The notes: generated by a model from the sequence alone, not told the origin. Positions 9,671 to 19,730 are shown, counted from the stretch's first letter. The stretch is 64,000 nucleotides of DNA from an uncultured Verrucomicrobiae bacterium (GCA_963837955.1 CAWIPH010000002.1:4864001-4928000), one strand, 5' to 3'. A program made the numbers and translations.

Positions 9671-9695
9671 ACCTGTTTCGACTGAGGAAGAATAG

Positions 9696-9917
9696 TTACT
9701 GAAGATCTTCGGTTAGAACGCTGGTCTTCTCGCGCGAGCCTAGAACGGTTGCTTGCCTTATGACAGCGGCAGGATCTTCATCAAATCGATAGCCGTGGCA
9801 GTTCGGACAGGTTGAGACCCGACGAGTAACAATGGAATCGCAACCTTCGCAAACCTTGTAAAGCGCAGGTTCTTGAGCAATTTTTGCTGCTTTGGCTGCT
9901 CGCTCGGCCAGGGACAT
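9696..9917 (-). CDS. Small zinc-ribbon protein
   Basis: 73 aa with CEGC...CPNC. Confidence 0.75.
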   Translation of the reverse strand: MSLAERAAKAAKIAQEPALYKVCEGCDSIVTRRVSTCPNCHGYRFDEDPAAVIRQATVLGSREKTSVLTEDLQ

Positions 9918-9969
9918 ACCTACGTAATTTGCCTGATTTTGGCATATTTAGCAAACAGCAACCCGCCCT

Positions 9970-10028
9970 GGGAGGGATCGCGTCCCCGCGATCCGGTTCT
10001 TTCGGCGCACGAGGACATGCGCCCTCCC
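9970..10028. repeat. REP-like nested palindrome
   Basis: GGGAGGG...CCCTCCC closing GGATCGCG/CGCGATCC and GGCGCA/TGCGCC hairpins. Confidence 0.65.
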
Positions 10029-10093
10029 GGCCAGGGATGGTTCAACGCCCACGCCCTACCCACCTGTGGTTCCAAGCGCCTCACCTATGATGA

Positions 10094-11041
10094 CTAACGC
10101 TTAGGCAGAAATTCCGACTCAAGTGCTAGGGAAGCCGCGCCAATGATGCCGGCATCGTTGCCCAAAGTAGCCGGAACAATCTCGAGTTTCTCCCAAAACG
10201 TCTTCTCGCAACGATGTTGTATCGTCTCGCGAATATATCGGAAAAGGCGGTCTCCCGCTTGAGCAACGCCTCCCCCAATTACGATCCGGTTTGGATTCAC
10301 CAGCCAAACGACGTTAGTGAGCCCAACTCCCAGTTTAAGTCCGATATCTTGCCAAACGGCGTCTGCTAATTTGTCACCCTGATCGGCTGCGGCGGACAAC
10401 CTTTTCGGATCAGCTTCTTCGTCACTAATCACCTTCCCAGCCGCCAAATAAATTTCCTTGGCTCGTTCTGTAATCTTGTGATGGCCGACATATACTTCCA
10501 AAGCTCCCTTGTTGCCGTAAACATAATCGACGCCGTGGTAATCGATCGACATTTGACCGATCTCGCCAGCCACGAACGTGGCCCCTCGATAAAGTTTCCC
10601 GTTCAGGATTAAAGCACCCCCAACTGCCGTGCCCAAAGTTACGCAAACTACGTCAGGAACCTGCGCCCCCGCCCCGTGCCTCCATTCTGCGTAGGCCATC
10701 GCCTTGGCGTCATTTTCGAGATTTGCGGTTAACCCCGTCTTTTCCTGAACAATGGAGCGCAAGGGAATTTGCTTCCAACCCTTCACGTTCGTCAGATTGA
10801 TGACCACACCAGTAATTGGGTTGATGATACCTGGGACCCCGAAACCCACCGCTTGGGTTTCCGGATTTTTTTTTCTGAGGGCCTGAATTTCGTTGATCAT
10901 TTCCTGAATCAAGGCGTCGGTATTGCCGTCTTGCCGAGTCTCGATGACTTTCCCTCTTTCCAGGATCGATCCATCTCGAACCAGTCCGGTCTTGATGGTC
11001 GTCGCGCCGAAATCAAATCCGATTGCCGTAGCCGAGCTCAT
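10094..11041 (-). CDS. ROK-family sugar kinase (glucokinase-like)
   Basis: GFDFGAT.IK, ENDA, TLGT..GG, GEIG, LGNDAGIIGAA. Confidence 0.9.
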   Translation of the reverse strand: MSSATAIGFDFGATTIKTGLVRDGSILERGKVIETRQDGNTDALIQEMINEIQALRKKNPETQAVGFGVPGIINPITGVVINLTNVKGWKQIPLRSIVQEKTGLTANLENDAKAMAYAEWRHGAGAQVPDVVCVTLGTAVGGALILNGKLYRGATFVAGEIGQMSIDYHGVDYVYGNKGALEVYVGHHKITERAKEIYLAAGKVISDEEADPKRLSAAADQGDKLADAVWQDIGLKLGVGLTNVVWLVNPNRIVIGGGVAQAGDRLFRYIRETIQHRCEKTFWEKLEIVPATLGNDAGIIGAASLALESEFLPKR

Positions 11042-11772
11042 AAGGGGGTATTTCGTAGTGCGATGATTCGAAGACCCTCAAGCGTGAGGTCAGGATCAAC
11101 AATTTGCAACTCCGGAAGTTTTGCAGCGATCAAGGAAGCGTAGCTGCCGGTCGCGACGATGTGGGCCTTTCCCTCCAGCTTCGCGACGATCTCGGTAACG
11201 ATTTGCCGCACGAGTCCGCGATATCCGTATATTGCCCCCGCTAGCATTGCCTCCCTGGTCGATTTTCCGATTATGTTTGTCGGTTCAGATAGATCAATCC
11301 GGGGGAGCAACGCGGTCTTCTGATAAAAATATTCTGTCATTACGCCGAGTCCCGGTGCAATTACTCCACCGATGTATTGCCGCAAGTGAGAAATGATATC
11401 GAAAGTGACGGCTGTGCCAAAGTCCACAACGACGGCCGGCGCACCAAAGCGGGAGATCACTCCAACGGCGTTGGCTAAGCGATCAGCCCCGATGCTTTGC
11501 GGCTCTGGAAAGTCGACGCCGATCCCCAAGTCGAGCGCAGCACTTACTTCAACGAGGCGTCCTCGCAACTTCTTCCGGAATATCCCAGTTTTGTTTGGGA
11601 CGACTGATCCAACGACGGCGTAATCGAATGTCCATTTTCCAATTACTCGATCAACGGCTTCCGCCGTTAATTTGCTCGTCAAAATCACGCCCCTTTTCAG
11701 CAATTTTTCGGTATCGGACAAGGCGATCTTCGTCGATGTATTATTCAGATTTACGAGCAAAAATCGGTTCAT
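11038..11772 (-). CDS. coaX: Type III pantothenate kinase
   Basis: SVVP, IGADR, VVDFGTAVTFD, GG.IAPG. Confidence 0.9.
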   Translation of the reverse strand: MNRFLLVNLNNTSTKIALSDTEKLLKRGVILTSKLTAEAVDRVIGKWTFDYAVVGSVVPNKTGIFRKKLRGRLVEVSAALDLGIGVDFPEPQSIGADRLANAVGVISRFGAPAVVVDFGTAVTFDIISHLRQYIGGVIAPGLGVMTEYFYQKTALLPRIDLSEPTNIIGKSTREAMLAGAIYGYRGLVRQIVTEIVAKLEGKAHIVATGSYASLIAAKLPELQIVDPDLTLEGLRIIALRNTPL

Positions 11773-11835
11773 TATCCGGAAAGTTCGCTAACTTATACAC
11801 GTTTGCAGTGAGGCGTCTGGCAAATAGACTAGTCT

Positions 11836-12819
11836 ATGCTTGATCTGCTCCGCCGACCACGGCGCCTTCGTTCCAGTGAATCCCTCAGGCAGCTCGTCCG
11901 GGAAACTACCGTTGAACCGTGGCAGTGCATCTACCCGATGTTTGTTTCGGAAAAGGTACATCGTCCTGTTCCAATCCAGAGTATGCCAGATGTTTTCCAA
12001 TTCGACGTAGAGCACTTCGTTGAAGAAGCCAAAACAGCTCATTCCGAGGGAATTCGCGCTATTCTGGTCTTTGGGATACCAGCAGAGAAAGATGAGACCG
12101 CTTCTGGTGCGTACGCCACAGATGGAATTGTCCAGCGGACGGTTCGCCGCCTTAAAGAGGAAGTTCCGGATCTGATCATCATCGCCGATGTCTGCCTGTG
12201 CGAATATATGGAGCATGGCCACTGCGGGGTCGTTCAACGATCAAGGGATCGCTATGAAATTGTCAACGATCCTTCGGTCGAGTTGATCGCGCGGACAGCG
12301 GTCAGCTTGGCTGAAGCTGGGGCCGATATCGTTGCGCCTAGCGATATGATGGATGGCCGCGTATCCGTGATCCGGCGCGAGCTTGATCTTCGCGGCTTCC
12401 AGTCGGTTCCCGTCATGAGTTATGCCGCGAAATTCTGTTCTGCTTTCTATGGTCCATTCAGAGAGGCCGCCGAAAGTGCTCCCCATTTTGGCGATCGCCG
12501 CAGCTACCAAATGGATCCGGCCAATTCTAATGAAGCATTGCGAGAAATCGCTCTGGATATCGAAGAGGGCGCCGACTTGTTGATCGTAAAACCGGGTCTT
12601 CCTTACCTGGACATCCTTTGGCGCGTGAAGGATCGGTTCAAAATGCCTACTGCCGTCTACAATGTAAGCGGCGAGTATGCCATGCTGAAAGCGGCCGCGC
12701 AGAACGGCTGGTTGGACGAAAAGAGTGCGGTGCTGGAGTTGATGACATCCTTCCGGCGAGCAGGCGCGGACCTCATCATAACCTACTGGGCACGGGATGT
12801 AGCTCGGTGGATCGGGTAA
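11836..12819 (+). CDS. hemB: Porphobilinogen synthase
   Basis: DVCLCEY..HGHCG, APSDMMDGR, YGPFREA, VKPG, VSGEYAM. Confidence 0.97.
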   Translation: MLDLLRRPRRLRSSESLRQLVRETTVEPWQCIYPMFVSEKVHRPVPIQSMPDVFQFDVEHFVEEAKTAHSEGIRAILVFGIPAEKDETASGAYATDGIVQRTVRRLKEEVPDLIIIADVCLCEYMEHGHCGVVQRSRDRYEIVNDPSVELIARTAVSLAEAGADIVAPSDMMDGRVSVIRRELDLRGFQSVPVMSYAAKFCSAFYGPFREAAESAPHFGDRRSYQMDPANSNEALREIALDIEEGADLLIVKPGLPYLDILWRVKDRFKMPTAVYNVSGEYAMLKAAAQNGWLDEKSAVLELMTSFRRAGADLIITYWARDVARWIG

Positions 12820-12920
12820 TCGCAGGTTCGACAGAGGCCAATGGCTCCAGGCGATCGGAGTTCAGCGCTTGCGGTCTTTCTAATCAATTCGCTGGCGCGA
12901 GTCGACACAATGCGGGGAAC

Positions 12921-14147
12921 TTAATCGCGTCGGTACGATTCTCGGCCGAGATTGATCGCCGGGTCGGTTTGTCTTCGTTCCTCTCCTCGGAGCGCCAGGC
13001 TGACGACGAAAGCCAAGGCCATTATCAATCCACCGACCAAAAATGGTGTGTTGCCGTACTCAATCGGCGGTCGCGTATGATCGCTGGCCAGGAGGAATCC
13101 ACCAACCGCGGGGCCACAAACCCGGCCGAGGCTGCCAGCCGATTGTAGCGAACCCAAAACCCGTCCTTGAGCTCCAGGATGAGCCGCCTTCGAAGCCATC
13201 GCATTAATCGTCGGTTGAGAGAGGCTGTTGCCGATCCCTAAACCGATTGTGAACAAAAGAAACAACGGGACAGTCGTTGCTAGCGGCATGAGAGCCATGC
13301 TTGCCGCCATCACAGCCAATCCAACGACCGCCAATTTATAGTCGCCGAATCGTTTCACTAATCGACCAACCGCCCCCCCTTGAATCAGTGCTCCGACTAG
13401 ACCGAGGATCACAAAAATCCAACTGATCTGCGATTGGGTAAGATTGAAGCGTCGATTACTGACTTGGGGATAAATCATCGTGACGATGGCAAAGCCCGCG
13501 ATAGCCACAAAGTAAGTCAATACCAGGATGGCCAGCCACCGGCCGAAGGAACCGGACCAAACTTCTCCTGCATTTTCCAAATTTTGCAGACGGATAGCAT
13601 GCTCTTTCGGTTCGGGGAGAAAGGCGATTACCGCTAATCCGTTCCCCAAGGCGACCGCAGCTGCGAACCAAAATGGCGCTACTGGGGAGCTAAGGCTGAG
13701 CAGTCCGCCGATGGCGGGGCCTAAGACGAACCCAACCCCAAATGCAGCGCCGATCAGGCCAATTCGACTAGACCGTTTTTCGGGAGGTGTAATGTCGGCG
13801 ATGTAGGCAGACGCGGTGGCAACGCTCGCACCGCAAATTCCGGCAATTATGCGGGCGAAAAACAGCATTGGCAAAGACTCGGCATTAGCCATCAGAACGT
13901 AGCCAATGGCCGACCCAAACAGGCTGCAGAGCAAGACCGGTTTCCGGCCAAACCGATCAGAAATTCTTCCCAGGATCGGGGAAGCAAGGAACTGCATGAA
14001 TGAGTAAGAGCCTAAAAGTAGACCGATCTGCCATTCCGAAGCCGCAAAACGCTGGGCATAGAGCGGCAGGATGGGAATGATCATCCCGAAGCCGATGAGA
14101 TCGATAAAAACTACTAGGAGTATGATTGCCAACGGCGATTTTTTCAT
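12921..14147 (-). CDS. MFS transporter (TetA/DHA1-like)
   Basis: G..SDRFGRKP motif A, GFVLGPAIGG motif C, ~12 TM segments. Confidence 0.9.
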   Translation of the reverse strand: MKKSPLAIILLVVFIDLIGFGMIIPILPLYAQRFAASEWQIGLLLGSYSFMQFLASPILGRISDRFGRKPVLLCSLFGSAIGYVLMANAESLPMLFFARIIAGICGASVATASAYIADITPPEKRSSRIGLIGAAFGVGFVLGPAIGGLLSLSSPVAPFWFAAAVALGNGLAVIAFLPEPKEHAIRLQNLENAGEVWSGSFGRWLAILVLTYFVAIAGFAIVTMIYPQVSNRRFNLTQSQISWIFVILGLVGALIQGGAVGRLVKRFGDYKLAVVGLAVMAASMALMPLATTVPLFLLFTIGLGIGNSLSQPTINAMASKAAHPGAQGRVLGSLQSAGSLGRVCGPAVGGFLLASDHTRPPIEYGNTPFLVGGLIMALAFVVSLALRGEERRQTDPAINLGRESYRRD

Positions 14148-14323
14148 GCATTCAGTGCGACAAGAGCTTACACGAAAACGGCAGGCTCACGGCAGAGACT
14201 TAGTGCACTAGACTGCTAATTGATCTCCGGTCGGGGCAAAACGTCAAGCGGTTCGGGCAAGGTCTTCGATATCCAGAATCTCGCCGCATCCGCTCTCCAA
14301 TACAACTTGCCGGGCAGTGAGCG

Positions 14324-15496
14324 TCATTTTGCAATGACGGATCGGCGAAACTCGCGTGGAGAAATGCCCAGCTTTCGCTTAAACATCGCGCTTAAGTATT
14401 CAACGCCGGAGAATCCCACCTGATTAGCAATCTGAGCAATGGAGAGATCGGTGGTGGTCAATAGCTGCTTCACCCGTTCAAGACGAAGTCGAAGGATTTC
14501 CTCGTAAGGGGATCTGCGGAGAAATTTTTGAAAACGACGTTCTAACACGGTCCGAGAGATCGGTACCACGTTCAATACGTCCTCTACCCCAATCCCTTCG
14601 CAAGCATGATCTCGAATGAATCGCATTGCTTGCGCGATTTCAGTATCTCCGACCGCAATCGCTTCCGTCGATTTCCGTGCGAAAACGCCGATCGGCGCGA
14701 CCAGACGTGTTTGATTGGAGACCGGCTGCCCTTCCATGATACGGTCGAGCAACTGGGCTGCTTCATAGCCAGCGCGCCGCGCATTGGGGATGATGCTAGA
14801 GAGCGGGGGATCACAAAGTTCGCAAAGAAGTTCGTCGTTGTGATGGCCGATGACTGCCACTTCATCCGGCACTCGTATTCCAGCCTGTCGGCAGACATCG
14901 AGGAGCTGCTGTCCCCGAATATCGTAACAGGCAAAAATACCGATTGGCTTAGGAAGACGAAGCAGCCAATTTACCAGCTTCTTCTGTTCGCGCGGCCAAT
15001 CTTCGGCATCACCAATTTCGGAATCAAAAACTTTGAGATCGAATCCGGCGGCGCGCACATGCTTCCGGAAGTTTTGTTCGTGGCGGAGCGACCAATCAAA
15101 TCGAGCATCTCCGCAGTAACCAAACAAGCGGAAGCCACGCTCTAGCAAGTGCTCTGCCGCGACGCTACAGACCGCATCGCTATCGCTTGCTACTGTCGGA
15201 AAGCTTCGCTTAACGGCGTTGCTGCTAACATTGACTACGGGCAATTTCGCGGCGACGACGGCCTCTTCGATCTCACTGTTCTCGATCCTGGCAATAACTC
15301 CGTGTCCATGCCAGTTGTGAAACCAAGGAGGCGGCTCATTCCCTCGTCCCTGTTCAGTAAAATGGATTTCCCAATTCGCACCCTCTCGCATGTACGTTCG
15401 GATTCCCCGCAACAACCCCCGGCTATAAGCGTTGGAGGTTTCAATCAACAACGCTACTTGAGGGCGCGAAGAGGCTGGAATCGAGTCGTTTGTCAC
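14324..15496 (-). CDS. XylR-type regulator (LacI-like sensor + AraC HTH)
   Basis: VALLIETSNAYSRGLLRGI, LPKPIGIFACYD, VPDEVAVIG, C-terminal AraC double HTH. Confidence 0.9.
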   Translation of the reverse strand: MTNDSIPASSRPQVALLIETSNAYSRGLLRGIRTYMREGANWEIHFTEQGRGNEPPPWFHNWHGHGVIARIENSEIEEAVVAAKLPVVNVSSNAVKRSFPTVASDSDAVCSVAAEHLLERGFRLFGYCGDARFDWSLRHEQNFRKHVRAAGFDLKVFDSEIGDAEDWPREQKKLVNWLLRLPKPIGIFACYDIRGQQLLDVCRQAGIRVPDEVAVIGHHNDELLCELCDPPLSSIIPNARRAGYEAAQLLDRIMEGQPVSNQTRLVAPIGVFARKSTEAIAVGDTEIAQAMRFIRDHACEGIGVEDVLNVVPISRTVLERRFQKFLRRSPYEEILRLRLERVKQLLTTTDLSIAQIANQVGFSGVEYLSAMFKRKLGISPREFRRSVIAK

Positions 15497-15611
15497 AGCT
15501 GGCGAGCCGCGGGGCTACATAGGATCGTTTTCGATTCCCTTATTAGAGTCAACCAAAAGCGACCTTGCGATCGTTGCCTTCGAGGGGCTGTGGTTCCCAG
15601 CGTTTCAATCC

Positions 15612-15744
15612 TCCTTGTCCTCGACGTTGCGAGGAAAACCTACGCGACCGCGTTTGGGAGCCTCTTGAGTACGCGCTATAGCCGAAGGAACAAAGCGTTG
15701 CCCGGCTAGCCGATAAGGACGAGCGCGACGACGAGGACGAGGGA
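15612..15744. repeat. ~20-bp imperfect inverted repeat of GAC/GAG-rich units
   Basis: TCCTTGTCCTCGACGTTGCG (15612) versus CGCGACGACGAGGACGAGGGA (15724). Confidence 0.5.
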
Positions 15745-15793
15745 ACCCGCGATTTTCCTTTTCGCGTTCACGAATCTGCCGCTAGAAAGAAGG

Positions 15794-16669
15794 ATGTCTG
15801 CACGTGCGACGCCAATTGTCTGGTATATTGTTTTGGCTCCTTTCGCCACGCTAGTGTTCATGGGACTTGGCTCGCTCCAAGGGCTTTGGATCTTATTCCT
15901 CGCCCACTTGATACTTCTGATAACGACCCTCATTCCTTCGCTGCAGGGCTTCGGACCGGTTATGACCTATTTCGACCACGACGGGGCCGAGGTCTGGTTG
16001 ACCATTGACGACGGTCCAAACCCAGAAACAACGCCGGCGATTTTAGATCTGCTAGATCGATTTGACGCAAAAGCGACTTTTTTTCTGATTGGCCGGCGAG
16101 CATCGCACGCTCCTGCTCTCGTCCAGGCGATTCTGGATCGAGGACATTCCATTGGAAATCATACCCAAACCCATCCGCAATTTCGGTTCTGGAGACTTGG
16201 ACCGCAGAGGCTTCGCAGAGAAGTCGATACCTTCGAGGAAACGATGGCCGCCTTGGGCATCCCGATTCCATCGCTTTTCCGAGCGCCAACGGGAATGAAA
16301 AATCCTTTTCTCCACCCTATCCTTTCGCTCCGTGGGCTGCGGCTGGTGGGCTGGAGCGCTCGGGCGTACGATACGCGCGTTAAACAGGCAGCAACCGCTG
16401 CGCAGCGGTTGTTACGTATGGTAGAGCCCGGAGCGATTCTGCTTATGCATGAAAGTTCCCCGGTTTCCGTGCAAGTACTTGAAATTCTGCTTCACAACTT
16501 AAATCACCAGCAAATCCGTTGCGTCATTCCGCGCCCAGAACAACTCCGAACCAAGCGCGTTAATCCGAAAGCGAAATACCTTGATTGCGAATCCACCTGC
16601 GCAACATTTTGGAGATGGGGGAGTATTACTCAGAGTTGGCGTCGGCTCTACAGGAGAGACTTGAAGTGA
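15794..16669 (+). CDS. Membrane-anchored polysaccharide deacetylase (NodB/CE4)
   Basis: LTIDDGP, GNHTQTH, FRAP.G, ILLMHE; two N-terminal TM segments. Confidence 0.9.
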   Translation: MSARATPIVWYIVLAPFATLVFMGLGSLQGLWILFLAHLILLITTLIPSLQGFGPVMTYFDHDGAEVWLTIDDGPNPETTPAILDLLDRFDAKATFFLIGRRASHAPALVQAILDRGHSIGNHTQTHPQFRFWRLGPQRLRREVDTFEETMAALGIPIPSLFRAPTGMKNPFLHPILSLRGLRLVGWSARAYDTRVKQAATAAQRLLRMVEPGAILLMHESSPVSVQVLEILLHNLNHQQIRCVIPRPEQLRTKRVNPKAKYLDCESTCATFWRWGSITQSWRRLYRRDLK

Positions 16670-16866
16670 TCTCCGATCAGGATTTGCGGACCAGAAATCC
16701 CGAAGTGCAATTGGAGAGATTACGTTTACTGTCGGAACAGATCGATCAACTGAAGAAGAGGCTGCCAGCAGATGCGGATCCTATGTTGAAGCATTTTTTG
16801 GATCGCATGAGCCTCACCAAAGCCTTGGAATTAATTCGGAGTCGATATCTGGAGGCGAACAATTAG
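16615..16866 (+). CDS. Small helical hypothetical protein
   Basis: ATG at 16615; 83-aa amphipathic ORF filling the gap before the next gene. Confidence 0.65.
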   Translation: MGEYYSELASALQERLEVISDQDLRTRNPEVQLERLRLLSEQIDQLKKRLPADADPMLKHFLDRMSLTKALELIRSRYLEANN

Positions 16867-16881
16867 GTTGTCCGGGTTACG

Positions 16882-17757
16882 ATGCGGATAGCCATTTTGG
16901 CAGATATACACGCCAATCTACTCGCGCTGGAAGCAGTCATCGCTGACCTGGAAATTGCGCAGCCGGATCAGGTCATCGTTGCGGGTGACTTTCAGAACCG
17001 AGGTCCTGCTCCCAAAGAGGTTTACGACCGGCTTCGCAAATTAGATTGGCAGCTCCTGCGCGGCAATCACGAGGATTACGTGATTGAGCAGAGCGGATCT
17101 GCGTCCGATCAGGCTCACGCAGTCGATCTTTATGCGTGGCAACCAGCTCGCTGGACCGCCGAGAGAGTTCCAGAAACAATACCCTTCTTACGAACTCTTC
17201 CGATAGCTATCCAACTGAACAGCCCAGACGGCTCATTCGTCTGTATTGCTCATGGTTCTCCCCGCTCGAACGCCGAAGGATTTTTTCCCTCTACTGGGGA
17301 CGCGAAAGCGCTCGCGATGCTCGGTGAGCCGTTACCAAGAGTGCTTTGTTGCGGACATACGCATATGCCGCTGCAGAGGCAGATCGGACCGACGCGTGTC
17401 TTTAATGTCGGGTCAGTTGGTTTCCCTTTTGATGGAGATGCGCGAGCAGCCTATGGCATTCTCAACTGGAGTGAGGGCGCATGGTCGACCGAGCTGCGCC
17501 GCGTTCCGTATGCTGTAGAAGCGGTGGTGGAGAGCGTCGCGTCCCCGGAATTCCACCGGGGACTAGGTCCGATGGCAAGGATCATTCAGCGAGAACTGGA
17601 GACAGCTCGCCCTCATCTAACACTCTTTACACTCACTTTCTTACCCCGCGTGCGGTCCGGAGAACTCGCCGTTTACGATGCAGTTAACGAGTATCTTGCG
17701 CACAGCCAGGCAGAGATTGAGAATCTATACTTAGAGTTGCGTAGACGGTTAAAATAG
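16882..17757 (+). CDS. Calcineurin-like metallophosphoesterase (YfcE-like)
   Basis: ADIHAN, AGD, RGNHE, HGSP, GHTH, NVGSVG. Confidence 0.92.
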   Translation: MRIAILADIHANLLALEAVIADLEIAQPDQVIVAGDFQNRGPAPKEVYDRLRKLDWQLLRGNHEDYVIEQSGSASDQAHAVDLYAWQPARWTAERVPETIPFLRTLPIAIQLNSPDGSFVCIAHGSPRSNAEGFFPSTGDAKALAMLGEPLPRVLCCGHTHMPLQRQIGPTRVFNVGSVGFPFDGDARAAYGILNWSEGAWSTELRRVPYAVEAVVESVASPEFHRGLGPMARIIQRELETARPHLTLFTLTFLPRVRSGELAVYDAVNEYLAHSQAEIENLYLELRRRLK

Positions 17758-17939
17758 TAAGGGCCAGTCTTCGGTAGCCTGATCGTCCACGCTCAGGACC
17801 TAGCGTGAGCGATTTTTTATCGCGCACCTTTAGATATTGGGTCGACAGCGAGATCGCATCACGATGGGTTACGGAGGCTGGAGCATCCGCCTACTTTCAT
17901 GCGACCGCACCAGACGCGCGACCAGGTCAAACGGCAGTA

Positions 17940-18551
17940 TCAACGAGAATACAACTCGACCACCAATTGCTCATTCACAATCGGCGCAATTTCTTCGCGA
18001 GTCGGTATTCGCACCACTTTGCCTTGGAACTGGTCCCTATCGACTACCAGCCAATCAGGAATCGGCTGAATCTGCGTTAGTTCGAGATTCCGGGTGGCCA
18101 ACCGTCGGGATGCAGGCCGATCTTTAACGACTACAACATCGCCTGCGCGCAGGTTGAACGACGAGACGTTGACCTTGCGATTATTAACAGTCACGTGCCC
18201 ATGCGATACCATTTGTCGGGCAGCATTTCGAGAGTTCGCCAAGCCAAGCCGATAGACGACATTGTCGAGTCGAGTCTCCAACATTTGCAGCAAGGTTTCG
18301 CCGGTGACCCCGCGCTTGCGGAGTGCACTCTCGAAGTAACGACGAAATTGCCGCTCCATCAAACCGTATTGGAATCGCAGCTTCTGCTTCTCTGCCAAGG
18401 CCGCCGAATAGTCGGAACGCTTGCGGCGGGAACCTTTGGGCCCGTGCATTCCGGGCGGGTAGTTTTTTCGTTCGAGAGCTTTGCTCGGACCAAATAGGGC
18501 AACACCGTAACGACGACTTATTCTCGATTTAGGACCTGTGTAACGAGCCAT
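17940..18551 (-). CDS. rpsD: 30S ribosomal protein S4
   Basis: MARYTGP, EKQK, LETRLDNVVYRLG, VELYSR. Confidence 0.98.
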   Translation of the reverse strand: MARYTGPKSRISRRYGVALFGPSKALERKNYPPGMHGPKGSRRKRSDYSAALAEKQKLRFQYGLMERQFRRYFESALRKRGVTGETLLQMLETRLDNVVYRLGLANSRNAARQMVSHGHVTVNNRKVNVSSFNLRAGDVVVVKDRPASRRLATRNLELTQIQPIPDWLVVDRDQFQGKVVRIPTREEIAPIVNEQLVVELYSR

Positions 18552-18566
18552 ATTAATTCCCCGGGT

Positions 18567-19127
18567 TCAGACGCGGCGTTGCTTGGGCGGGCGACAACCG
18601 TTATGAGGTACAGGCGTGACGTCACGGATCACGGAAATGTCGAGACCAATAGCTTGAATGGCCCGCACGGCCGATTCTCGTCCAGCGCCAGGTCCCTTGA
18701 CCAAAACCTCAACTTCTTTCAAACCGTGTCCCATCGCCTGGCGGCAGGCGTCTTGAGCAACTAACTGGGCCGCATAAGCGGTACTTTTGCGCGATCCGCG
18801 AAACCCGACCTTACCAGCGCTCGACCAGCCAATGACGTTGCCGGTGAGATCGCTAATCGAAACGATCGTGTTATTAAACGTGGCCAAAATATGGGCAATT
18901 CCGATATTAACATTTTTGCTTCCTTTGGCCTTGATGATCTTAGGCTTCTCCGTTTCCGATCCGGCCAGAGAAAGGGTCGGCTTAGCTGTCGCTGCTCCAG
19001 TCGCAGGGCTCGGAGCCTCTTTCTTGGTTGGTTTGGCCTTGACCGCTTTCGGAGCTTTCGGCTCAGCAGCGGCAGCTGCTGAGGGCTCATCCGTCCCGGA
19101 TGCCGATGTTGGTTTTTCGTCCGCCAT
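18567..19127 (-). CDS. rpsK: 30S ribosomal protein S11 with long N-terminal extension
   Basis: [29 protein letters not shown]. Confidence 0.97.
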   Translation of the reverse strand: MADEKPTSASGTDEPSAAAAAEPKAPKAVKAKPTKKEAPSPATGAATAKPTLSLAGSETEKPKIIKAKGSKNVNIGIAHILATFNNTIVSISDLTGNVIGWSSAGKVGFRGSRKSTAYAAQLVAQDACRQAMGHGLKEVEVLVKGPGAGRESAVRAIQAIGLDISVIRDVTPVPHNGCRPPKQRRV

Positions 19128-19141
19128 GTCTAGATGCTTTC

Positions 19142-19537
19142 TTAAACTTTCCCGGCTTTAGCGTCCTTATTTCGCTGGACGCCAACCGTCTTGCGCGGGC
19201 CCTTTCGGGTGCGCGCGTTCGTCGAAGTTCGCTGGCCGCGGACCGGGAGTCCACGAATATGCCTGATTCCTCGATAACAACGGATCGCCTGCAGGCGCTT
19301 GAGATTTCCCTGGATTTCCCGTCGGAGATCACCTTCGATCAACAAGCCACTGGCATTGATCGCATGCACAATTTCTCCGAGTTGCTCCGGTGTCAGGCTT
19401 TTCGCGCGGACATTCGGATCAACATTAGCTTGTTCTAAAATCTTTTTCGCTGTCTTGGGACCAATGCCGTAAATGTAAGGCAAGGATGCTTCGATCCGCT
19501 TCTCTCCAGGAATTTCAACTCCGAGTAACCGTGGCAT
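19142..19537 (-). CDS. rpsM: 30S ribosomal protein S13
   Basis: [24 protein letters not shown]. Confidence 0.98.
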   Translation of the reverse strand: MPRLLGVEIPGEKRIEASLPYIYGIGPKTAKKILEQANVDPNVRAKSLTPEQLGEIVHAINASGLLIEGDLRREIQGNLKRLQAIRCYRGIRHIRGLPVRGQRTSTNARTRKGPRKTVGVQRNKDAKAGKV

Positions 19538-19572
19538 AAATTCTTATTCGCTCCGTTTGATAGCTCCGCAGA

Positions 19573-19686
19573 TCAACCCTGTCGTTGTTTATGACGCGGA
19601 TTTTTGCAAACTACGCGCACAACGTTTTTACGTTTGATCACTCTGCAGCTCTCACAAAGCCTCTTTACTGATGGTCTCACTTTCAT
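19573..19686 (-). CDS. rpmJ: 50S ribosomal protein L36 (Zn-binding type)
   Basis: [14 protein letters not shown]...[13 protein letters not shown] at 19686. Confidence 0.97.
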   Translation of the reverse strand: MKVRPSVKRLCESCRVIKRKNVVRVVCKNPRHKQRQG

Positions 19687-19730
19687 CGCTTCAGATTTGG
19701 CTCGGCAGGAGCCTCGCCCTACCGGGGGAC

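Noticed and set aside
12921..14147. Acquired tetracycline resistance gene
   Set aside because: Generic DHA1 motifs only; no tetR or mobile context.
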